From contig CAZBFB010000037.1 in assembly GCA_964491085.1 (NCBI GenBank), positions 1 to 46,449 of the forward strand: a stretch of DNA of 46,449 nt. The letters run 5' to 3'. Made by a program: the position numbers and the translations under genes. The notes under the pieces were generated by a model. That model worked only from the letters and a program-made list of their open reading frames with translations. It did no database searches and had not been told where the DNA came from. Position 1 is the stretch's first letter, and every line of letters starts with the position of its first letter. This document shows positions 1 to 7,154 of this stretch, one piece after another. The stretch comes from an uncultured Gammaproteobacteria bacterium (GTDB lineage: Bacteria; Patescibacteriota; Patescibacteriia; CAZBFB01).

Positions 1-40
1 ATAGTTCACTTCGATATTTCTAAGTATCGAAGTAAACTAT
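1..40. repeat. imperfect hairpin repeat (family F)
   Basis: acttcgata (8-16) pairs with tatcgaagt (25-33). Flanks extend the pairing to 1-40 with one mismatch. Stem theme (ttcactt/tttactt ... aagtaaa) is shared with 126-161 and 552-591. Confidence 0.6.
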
Positions 41-125
41 TAAAGGTTGTATGCAAGATATTCGATTAGAATTAATCGACGGAAAATTATTCGGGTTTGC
101 CAAACAAAAATTAGAACTGTAATTC

Positions 126-161
126 CATTTACTTTCATACTAGCAAGCATGAAAGTAAATG
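126..161. repeat. hairpin repeat (family F)
   Basis: Perfect 13-bp stem catttactttcat / atgaaagtaaatg around a 10-nt loop. Confidence 0.75.
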
Positions 162-278
162 AACAAGATGGTATGAATCAATTTTTTGAAATGCCAGCTC
201 GGACAGAGTTGCTCAATAGATTTCCGCAACACAAGGATGTGATAGAAAAATTTACTCGGATTTGAACCGCCACCCCAT

Positions 279-551
279 ATGGCAACCATTAAAAAGAAAA
301 TCTGGCCACAATATTTTGGGCTGGTGGCTTCGGGAAAGAAAAATTTTGAACTCCGCTTGAATGATTTTGAAATTCAAGAAGGGGATAGGATGATTCTTGA
401 AGAGTGGGATCCAGAAAGAAAACAATATACCGGTCGTAGTATCACAAAAATTGTCACGTACGTTACTAAGTTCAAACCGGAGCAACTTTTTGTCTTGTGG
501 CCCGAAGAAAAAATTAAAGAAAAAGGGTTGCAAGTAATATCTTTACAATAA
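279..551 (+). CDS. ASCH / DUF3850-like small beta-barrel protein
   Basis: 90-aa ORF. The pattern IWPQYF..SGKKNFELRLNDFEIQEGDRMILEEW matches the DUF3850/ASCH signature (KKFE.R.ND..f..GD) as I remember it. Confidence 0.7.
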   Translation: MATIKKKIWPQYFGLVASGKKNFELRLNDFEIQEGDRMILEEWDPERKQYTGRSITKIVTYVTKFKPEQLFVLWPEEKIKEKGLQVISLQ

Positions 552-591
552 TCCATTTACTTCCATACGTTAACGTATGGAAGTAAATGGA
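552..591. repeat. perfect 40-bp palindrome (family F), likely terminator of the ASCH gene
   Basis: tccatttacttccatacgtt / aacgtatggaagtaaatgga are exact reverse complements. It starts one base after the stop codon at 549-551. Confidence 0.85.
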
Positions 592-682
592 CAGCAGGAG
601 TTATGCTTGGAGAAAACTATTTCTTTTTTGTATTTTTTATAACCATACTGCTGACGCGAGTGGTTTATTGAATTTATCTAGT

Positions 683-1147
683 ATGACCAAACTTTTAACT
701 CTTTGTTTGATCCACGAACCTGGTCGAATATTGTTGGGCATGAAAAAACGGGGATTCGGGTATGGGAGATGGAATGGGTTTGGCGGAAAAGTGCACGCGG
801 GGGAGAGTATTGAAGATGCGGCGGGGCGTGAGTTGCAAGAAGAAGTGAGTATCACGGCGCGGGTGATGATTAAGCGTGGGGTTTTGGAATTTGAATTCCA
901 AGGCAATCCAGATATTCTTGAGGTACACGTGTTTCAAGTTAACGGATATGATGGTGAGCCGACTGAATCGGAAGAGATGAAACCGCAATGGTTTAGCATT
1001 GATCAAATCCCGTTCGCGGACATGTGGCCGGATGACATTCATTGGTTTCCCTTGTTTCTGGCCGGAAAAAATTTCCGTGGTCGGTTTTTGTTTGATGAGC
1101 GTGGCAGTAAAATTTTGGAGACGAAGTTTTTGGAAGAAACAATGTAA
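683..1147 (+). CDS. MTH1/NUDT1-type Nudix hydrolase (8-oxo-dGTP diphosphatase-like)
   Basis: Nudix box GGKVHAGESIEDAAGRELQEEVSI. Long collinear matches to human MTH1 as remembered: LLGMKKRGFG.GRWNGFGGKV, VHVF, WF..DQIPF.DMWPDD..WFPL. Start moved from 587 to ATG 683 because the upstream codons run through the 552-591 palindrome. Confidence 0.9.
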   Translation: MTKLLTLCLIHEPGRILLGMKKRGFGYGRWNGFGGKVHAGESIEDAAGRELQEEVSITARVMIKRGVLEFEFQGNPDILEVHVFQVNGYDGEPTESEEMKPQWFSIDQIPFADMWPDDIHWFPLFLAGKNFRGRFLFDERGSKILETKFLEETM

Positions 1148-1332
1148 GCGTCATTGGATCCTATCGGTTGCCGGCGATCCTTCCGGGATGATAAGGGGGA
1201 GTGTGGGGGCGAGGAGAAAATTGGTAGGGGATAAAGGGCTTGCTTTTTTATCTTTTGGTTGCTAAAATCGTTTTTAAAGCTGTATTTATTTTCTTAATAA
1301 GCTACTGAAGCTATAAGCTAAAAGCTGTTCCC

Positions 1333-3009
1333 ATGAGTACTCGTGCAAAAAATCGTTGGGCTTTGGGCGGTATTATAGTATTAGCGATTGTGGCTGGTTT
1401 GACGGTCTGGCCGAATCTGCCAATTAGCCCGTACTTTCAGGTATTTAATCGCCAAAAATTTCATCTGGGTCTTGACCTACAGGGTGGTACGCAATTGGTT
1501 TATCGCGCGGACACAGCCCAACTGCCAAGTAGCGATCTCGATGAGGCGGTAGCATCGGTGCGTGATACCATTGAACGACGCGTCAACGTGTTTGGTGTAT
1601 CTGAACCGGTAATCCAAACCACCAAAGTCGGCGCGGAGTGGCGTGTGATTGTGGAATTACCGGGCGTAAAAGATATCCGTCAAGCGATCCAACAAATCGG
1701 GGAGACACCACTGTTAGAATTCCGTGAACAAAATAATGCGCCACCACCGGCTTTACAGATCGACGACCGGCGTGCCTTAGAAAAGTTTAATGCCGAAGCT
1801 AAAACCAAAGCCGCACAAGTCCTGCGTCGCGTTAGGGGCGGTGAGGACTTTGCTAAGGTGGCCACGGAAATTTCTCAAGATCCGGGTTCCGGTAAGAATG
1901 GCGGCGACTTGGGTTTCTTTGGTCGCGGCGCAATGGTACCAGAATTTGATAAAGCATCGTTTGCATTAAAAACCGGGCAAATTTCCGATTTGGTCAAAAC
2001 ACAATTTGGTTATCACATTATTAAAAAAGAGGCCGAGCGTAAGAACGATAAAGGGGAAGACGAAATCCAGGCCCGTCACATTTTGATACTCACCAAATCA
2101 GAACAAGATTTTTTACCAGCCCAGAATCCTTGGCAGTATACCGGTTTAACCGGCAAACAGCTAAAGCGCGCTCAAGTTGTCTTTGATCAAACTACCGGCC
2201 AACCGGAGATTTCTTTGCAATTCGACGATGACGGCGCAAAATTATTCGGTCAGATTACCGCGCGTAATATCACTAAACCAGTAGCTATTTTTCTTGACAA
2301 CGCGCCGATCTCAACGCCAATCGTCCAGCAGGCGATTCAAGACGGTCAAGCCGTTATTAGTGGCAACTTTTCGGTTGAAGAAGCAAAAATGTTGACGCAA
2401 CGCTTAAATTCCGGGGCTTTGCCAGTGCCCATTGTGTTGATCAGTCAACAAAATGTCGGCCCAACCTTGGGCAAAGCATCAGTTGATAAAAGTTTGGTGG
2501 CCGGTTTGGCGGGCTTAATCTTGGTGGCCTTGTTCATGATTGTAATCTACCGTTTACCCGGTCTGATTGCTGTGGGCACATTATTGTTATACACCGCTAT
2601 TTTGTTGTCTTTATTCAAAATAATTCCAGTAACCTTGACGCTAGCGGGCATTGCCGGATTTATTCTATCGATCGGCATAGCGGTGGATGCGAATGTTTTA
2701 ATTTTTGAACGACTGAAAGAAGAGCTCCGTAACGGCAAGCCGGTGCGGGTGGCGATTCAAGATGGTTTTTCGCGTGCCTGGACGTCGATCCGCGATGGTA
2801 ACTTGTCCACCCTGATCACCTGCGCCATTTTGTACTGGTTCGGTTCAAGCTTGCTGAAAGGGTTTGGCTTAACCTTGGCTTTGGGTATAGGCGTGTCCAT
2901 GTTCTCGGCAATTATCGTCGGGCGCGTTATTTTTGAAATGCTCCCGGTCGCGTGGTTAGAAAAACATCCGTGGTTGTTGGGCGGGAAAGCTAAGAAGCTA
3001 GAAAGCTAA
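1333..3009 (+). CDS. secD: protein translocase subunit SecD carrying an inserted parvulin-like PPIase module
   Basis: N-terminal TM helix, then LGLDLQGG, RVN.FGVSEP, ELPGV and IGETPLLEFR motifs. P1 head has FLDNAPISTP..ISGNFS.EEA..L...L..GALP. C-terminal six-TM SecD/F domain. Residues ~132-262 resemble PpiC/parvulin: GEDFAKVA..SQDPGS..NGGDLGFF..G.MVPEF....F.L..GQIS..V.T.FGYHII. Confidence 0.92.
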   Translation: MSTRAKNRWALGGIIVLAIVAGLTVWPNLPISPYFQVFNRQKFHLGLDLQGGTQLVYRADTAQLPSSDLDEAVASVRDTIERRVNVFGVSEPVIQTTKVGAEWRVIVELPGVKDIRQAIQQIGETPLLEFREQNNAPPPALQIDDRRALEKFNAEAKTKAAQVLRRVRGGEDFAKVATEISQDPGSGKNGGDLGFFGRGAMVPEFDKASFALKTGQISDLVKTQFGYHIIKKEAERKNDKGEDEIQARHILILTKSEQDFLPAQNPWQYTGLTGKQLKRAQVVFDQTTGQPEISLQFDDDGAKLFGQITARNITKPVAIFLDNAPISTPIVQQAIQDGQAVISGNFSVEEAKMLTQRLNSGALPVPIVLISQQNVGPTLGKASVDKSLVAGLAGLILVALFMIVIYRLPGLIAVGTLLLYTAILLSLFKIIPVTLTLAGIAGFILSIGIAVDANVLIFERLKEELRNGKPVRVAIQDGFSRAWTSIRDGNLSTLITCAILYWFGSSLLKGFGLTLALGIGVSMFSAIIVGRVIFEMLPVAWLEKHPWLLGGKAKKLES

Positions 3010-3024
3010 GAAGCTAGAAAGCTA
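2988..3024 (+). repeat. 16-bp tandem repeat (agctaagaagctagaa, 2.3 copies) spanning the secD stop codon
   Basis: Copies at 2988-3003 and 3004-3019, plus a partial copy. The secD TAA (3007-3009) lies in copy 2. It belongs to the agct-rich spacer family also seen at ~1300-1330, 10377-10442 and ~13995-14040. Confidence 0.8.
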
Positions 3025-3029
3025 TTTAT

Positions 3030-4145
3030 ATGTTCATTCTCAAGCATAAAAATTTCTTCTTCGCCTTGTCGGGCATACTCGTGGTGGGCGGATTGATTTC
3101 GCTTGCCTGGTTTGGTTTGCCGTATGGGATTGATTTCACCGGCGGCGCGCTGATGGAAGTCCGCTATGCTGGCACCGCACCGAGTGCGCAGGCCGCCGGT
3201 GATGCGTTGAAACCATTTAATCTTGGTGAAGTGAGCGTGCAGTCAACGGATAACAATGGTTTGATTATTCGGTTTAAAGAAGTTGATGAAGATACGCATC
3301 AAAAAATTTCCGCGGCCATGCGCGCCTTGGATACCACCGCGGCGGTCATCGCTCCGGACACAACAAAATCAGTCGTACCAGTACAGTCGCCCCAAGCAAA
3401 AAAACCCGCCATTGGTATTACGGCCACCGACGCGCAAGGTAATGTGATTAATTTGGGTCAGGGCATCACTGTGGAAACGGCTTCGCCAGTGATCAAACCA
3501 GAACAAGTCAGTGTGAGTCAGACCAGTTTTGAAGAATTGCGTTTTGAATCCATTGGTCCGTCGGTCGGCAAAACATTAAAACAGCGCGCCAAGTGGGCAA
3601 TTGTGTTGGCGACCATCCTGATTATTTTGTTTGTCGGTTGGTCATTCCGTCATGTCTCAAAGCCGGTGGCGTCATGGAAATACGGCTTGCTTACGATTGT
3701 GGCTTTGATTCACGATCTGGCCATTCCGATGGGTGTGTTTGCCATTCTCGGGTATTTTGGCAAAGTGGAAATCAGCGCGGCATTCGTGGCGGCCATGCTT
3801 ACTATTCTTGGTTATTCAGTTAACGATACGATTGTAGTGCTTGATCGGGTGCGTGAAAATTTGTTGCGCGATAAAGGCGACACATTCGCCGAAACAGTCG
3901 GCATCAGCTTGGATCAAACTTATCTACGCTCCTTTTTTACGTCGTTTACTACCTTATTGGCTTTAACCGCGGTCTATATTTTTGGCGGTCAAACGATTCA
4001 GCCGTTTGCCTTGGCATTAATTATCGGTATTGCCGCCGGGACGTATTCTAGTATCTTTATCGCCAGTCCGTTGCTGGTGGTGATTGAGGAAGGGCAGAGA
4101 AAGAGTAACTCGTCCGCCTCGGATCGACCGAGTCGAGACGGGTAA
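3030..4145 (+). CDS. secF: protein translocase subunit SecF
   Basis: N-terminal TM helix, GIDFTGG motif, SIGPSVG, and a C-terminal six-TM SecD/F domain (YSVNDTIVVLDR.RE). Lies directly downstream of secD. The periplasmic domain is longer than usual. Confidence 0.92.
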   Translation: MFILKHKNFFFALSGILVVGGLISLAWFGLPYGIDFTGGALMEVRYAGTAPSAQAAGDALKPFNLGEVSVQSTDNNGLIIRFKEVDEDTHQKISAAMRALDTTAAVIAPDTTKSVVPVQSPQAKKPAIGITATDAQGNVINLGQGITVETASPVIKPEQVSVSQTSFEELRFESIGPSVGKTLKQRAKWAIVLATILIILFVGWSFRHVSKPVASWKYGLLTIVALIHDLAIPMGVFAILGYFGKVEISAAFVAAMLTILGYSVNDTIVVLDRVRENLLRDKGDTFAETVGISLDQTYLRSFFTSFTTLLALTAVYIFGGQTIQPFALALIIGIAAGTYSSIFIASPLLVVIEEGQRKSNSSASDRPSRDG

Positions 4146-4168
4146 TCCGTAACTAGTAACTTGTAATC

Positions 4169-4202
4169 AAAATACTTCCGTGATAAGCGGAAGTATTTTT
4201 TG
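4169..4202. terminator. bidirectional intrinsic terminator between the convergent secF and pilin-like genes
   Basis: 10-bp stem aatacttccg (4171-4180) / cggaagtatt (4188-4197) with a 7-nt loop. Flanked by an A run on the left and a T run on the right. Confidence 0.65.
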
Positions 4203-4206
4203 TAAA

Positions 4207-5601
4207 CTATTCGGTGGGAAAAAATCCTCTGGTGATGTTTATAGTACACTGGGCACCCTGTGTAAGTTGTGCCAGAGTAAATAGATTTGTTGAATCAGCC
4301 AAGGGGTCACTAAGTGGTCGGCCGCCGCCACACCCGGCCCCAGGTCCTATATTATAAGTATCATCCCAGGTTGGTGTCCACCAGGATGCGTCATCATTGA
4401 TTTCTATTTTCAAGTAAAAACGCATATTTGACGGATCGCATGGCTTAGGACCATACTGAATCACCGCATTCTCAATGGTGGATGCGCCGCCCGTAGGAGT
4501 AAGGACAAAATTACGTGTTTGCTCATCAAGATTGGTGTAGGCAAAACTGATTGGGCCGGCAGATTTTCCCGGATCAGTCGTGCAGTAACCCCACAAGCGC
4601 ATCTCGTCAATATAAGCATTTTGTTCAAAATTTATGGTGCCAGAGAGGATGCCTTGTTTGCATTCATAACCTTGATTTTGTGCATTGAGCGTGCACACTT
4701 GGCCGATTGCGCAAGCAGTGCCGCGACAACTTCCGCCGCGTTCTTTAATGTAATACTGTTCGCCGCAAGTATCAGGAGAACTAGAAATAGAAACATACTC
4801 GCTTCCATTTATTGTGGAAAATTCGCGCTCTTGACCGCCTATTTTAACAGGAGTAACAAATATTTGGGGAGTAATATCTTTCATGCTGACACACTCGGCT
4901 GTTAAACTGGCTAGATTTTTAACAACCAGAGGACGTATCTGACGAAATGAGGTAAGATTTGGATTAATAAGATTAAGAATTGTATAGGATAGTAGGGCCA
5001 ACACCACACCCATAACGGAATTTAAAATAGTTTTTTGGGCATCGCCGATTCTTTCTGGATTACCAGCGGCTGTTAACCATTTAAATCCACCAATCGTGAT
5101 CATAATGACCGCCAAGAAGGCGACTGCGCTGACTACAAAATTATAAATGGTTTTAATATATTCACCAACACCACTAACGTAGTATTTTTCTGTTTGAGAA
5201 AATGCTCCGGGGTCAGGTGCCTTTTTGGTAAGTCCGGGAATGTAGGTATTAATAAAAATAGGTTTCCATTCTTTCATGAAACAAGTATCTTGTTCGGAAC
5301 ATGTGGGGTTATTAGGGTACACGTGCGGCGTACCACCGATTAGGCCAGCTACTTTTCTACATTCTAAAGCGGCTATGCCAGCGCGGCATTGTAAGGCCCT
5401 GGTTTGCTCGCCGGAACCGGTGACTACGCAACAACCGATGGTGGCATCGGTAATCGGACTATCAGCTAAAGCTAAAGCGGAGGAGGCGAAAGTGATCAAA
5501 AAGACACTAGCACACAAAAACAGTACAATAATTCTAACCCCACCTAACCTCCCCTGATGTAAGGGGAGGATGAGAGAATGTTTTTGTTCTCGTGTTTCCA
5601 T
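4207..5601 (-). CDS. TrbC/VirB2-like (T4SS-pilin-like) membrane protein fused to Cys-rich extracytoplasmic domains
   Basis: 464-aa ORF. Signal-like segment IIVLFLCASVFLITFASSALALA, then a ~90-aa Cys-rich segment. Two TM helices flank the loop KWLTAAGNPERIGDAQKTI, a pilin-loop signature as I remember it from CPR T4SS-pilin family proteins. A ~250-aa C-terminal domain carries many Cys. Confidence 0.65.
   Translation of the reverse strand: METREQKHSLILPLHQGRLGGVRIIVLFLCASVFLITFASSALALADSPITDATIGCCVVTGSGEQTRALQCRAGIAALECRKVAGLIGGTPHVYPNNPTCSEQDTCFMKEWKPIFINTYIPGLTKKAPDPGAFSQTEKYYVSGVGEYIKTIYNFVVSAVAFLAVIMITIGGFKWLTAAGNPERIGDAQKTILNSVMGVVLALLSYTILNLINPNLTSFRQIRPLVVKNLASLTAECVSMKDITPQIFVTPVKIGGQEREFSTINGSEYVSISSSPDTCGEQYYIKERGGSCRGTACAIGQVCTLNAQNQGYECKQGILSGTINFEQNAYIDEMRLWGYCTTDPGKSAGPISFAYTNLDEQTRNFVLTPTGGASTIENAVIQYGPKPCDPSNMRFYLKIEINDDASWWTPTWDDTYNIGPGAGCGGGRPLSDPLADSTNLFTLAQLTQGAQCTINITRGFFPTE
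5534..5575. repeat. small palindromic element (ctaacc..cccct family) inside the 5' coding end of the pilin-like gene
   Basis: 8-bp stem cctcccct (5548-5555) / aggggagg (5562-5569). Translated as ..LILPLHQGRLGGV.. Related in motif to 5942-6000 and 23289-23382. Confidence 0.6.
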
Positions 5602-5605
5602 GTTT

Positions 5606-7021
5606 TTACGGTTTAATGATTTTTATTTTTGGTCCTTCAGCCGTATCTTGCACTGTAAAACCGGCTGCGGTTATTTTTTTGCGTAGAGTATCGGCCTTGG
5701 TCCAGTCGCGGGTTAGACGCGCCTGTTCGCGTTGCTGGACTAACGCTTGTACTGCCGGAGGAATTTTAACGGATTTTTCTTTTACAAATAGATTCAACCC
5801 CAGCACGCGGTCAAATGCTTTCAACAAATCCTGTTTTTTTGGATCGGCGCTTTTTGCCACTTTCCATACCCATGCCAACGCTTGTGGCGTGTCGAGATCG
5901 TTGTTGAGTGCCGAGAGAAATTTTTTATCCAGGCCGGAATTATAACTCCCCCTAACCCCTCTTATCACCTGCCCTGAGCTTGTCGAATGGGTAAGAGGGG
6001 GGTTGATAGCTAATTCACGCAAATTTTTTAATCCTGTATCCGCCGCTTGCAGGGCATCCCAGGAAAATTCTAATTTTTTGCGGTAGTGCGTTGTCAAACA
6101 CAGATAGCGATAGGATAGAGGATCTAGTCCGCGGGCAATAACATCGGCGACCGTAATTATATTGCGCTCGCTTTTTCCCATTCTTTTTGAGCCGGCAACG
6201 GCGGGAAATACCAAAAAATCATTGTGTAACCAAAAGTGTGCCAACGGTTTTCCGTACGCCGCCACACTTTGCGCCACTTCATTCGTGTGATGAATGTTAA
6301 TATGATCAATTCCGCCGGTGTGGATATCGAACGGTTGACCCAAATATTTTCGCGCCAGCGCCGAACATTCAATATGCCAGCCGGGAAATCCAACCCCCCA
6401 CGGACTTGGCCATTCCATTTCTCGTTTTGCGCCAGCAGGAGAAAACTTCCACAACGCAAAATCGGTTTTGTTTCTTTTTTCGCCCACGGCAATCCGTTCG
6501 CCGCCGCGCAATCCTTTTACATCCAAATGCGCAAATTTTCCGTACGCCGGAAATTTTGCCGTGTCAAAATAAATTCCATCGCTGGTTTTGTAAGTAAAAC
6601 CCTTGCGTTCCAAAAGGCGCACCAAGGCAATTTGTTCTTTAATGTGATCCGTCGCCTTGACTAGGTGAGTCGGCGGCTCGATATTGAGTTTGGCCGCGTC
6701 ATCGAGAAATAATTCAGTATACTCGGTGGCGATATCCCACGCGGTTTTGCGCTGTTCGCGAGCGGCTCGAGCGATTTTGTCATCACCATCATCGCTGTCG
6801 CCGGTTAAATGACCAACGTCCGTGATATTCATCACCTGCTTGACCCGCCAATGATTATATTCCAGCGTGCGCTTCAAGATATCGGCAAAAATATAACTGC
6901 GAAAATTACCCAGGTGCGCCGGAGCATACACGGTCGGACCACAGGTATACATCCGCACCGCCGGCTTGATCGGCCGGAAATTTTGCAGGCGTCGGGTGGC
7001 GGTGTTGAATAACTGTAACAT
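5606..7021 (-). CDS. cysS: cysteine--tRNA ligase
   Basis: CGPTVYAPAHLGN (HIGH-type motif), GWHIEC, RMGKS (KMSKS-type motif) and the NNDLDTP helix. Confidence 0.95.
   Translation of the reverse strand: MLQLFNTATRRLQNFRPIKPAVRMYTCGPTVYAPAHLGNFRSYIFADILKRTLEYNHWRVKQVMNITDVGHLTGDSDDGDDKIARAAREQRKTAWDIATEYTELFLDDAAKLNIEPPTHLVKATDHIKEQIALVRLLERKGFTYKTSDGIYFDTAKFPAYGKFAHLDVKGLRGGERIAVGEKRNKTDFALWKFSPAGAKREMEWPSPWGVGFPGWHIECSALARKYLGQPFDIHTGGIDHINIHHTNEVAQSVAAYGKPLAHFWLHNDFLVFPAVAGSKRMGKSERNIITVADVIARGLDPLSYRYLCLTTHYRKKLEFSWDALQAADTGLKNLRELAINPPLTHSTSSGQVIRGVRGSYNSGLDKKFLSALNNDLDTPQALAWVWKVAKSADPKKQDLLKAFDRVLGLNLFVKEKSVKIPPAVQALVQQREQARLTRDWTKADTLRKKITAAGFTVQDTAEGPKIKIIKP
5942..6000. repeat. palindromic MITE-like element inserted in frame in cysS
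   Basis: 9-bp stem cccctctta (5956-5964) / taagagggg (5992-6000). The 5' arm ataactccccctaacccctctt equals the intergenic copy at 23336-23357 except for one extra C. Confidence 0.75.
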
Positions 7022-7042
7022 AACTTATTTCTTATCTAGAGT

Positions 7043-7105
7043 TGTCATCCCAAATTTGATTTGGGATCCAGATTAACTGGATTCCAGGTCAGGCCTGGAA
7101 TGACA
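7043..7105 (+). repeat. 63-bp triple-hairpin repeat, copy 1 of 3
   Basis: tgtcatcccaaatttgatttgggatccagattaactggattccaggtcaggcctggaatgaca. Near-identical copies at 14052-14114 (inverted) and 34336-34398. Lies in the divergent cysS / 7155 spacer. Confidence 0.9.
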
Positions 7106-7154
7106 GTCATTGTTATTATTGTACCACAATATATATATCTGCTACAATATAACC

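Noticed and set aside
47-265. 72-aa ORF at the window start
   Set aside because: It reads through the 126-161 hairpin and has no recognisable motif or ribosome-binding context. A shorter 38-aa ORF from ATG 149 cannot be excluded but has no support.
587-682. N-terminal extension of the MTH1-like ORF given in the ORF track
   Set aside because: Its ATG sits inside the 40-bp palindrome and the 32 extra residues have no counterpart in MTH1-type proteins. ATG 683 (MTKLLTLCL..) aligns with the expected N-terminus.
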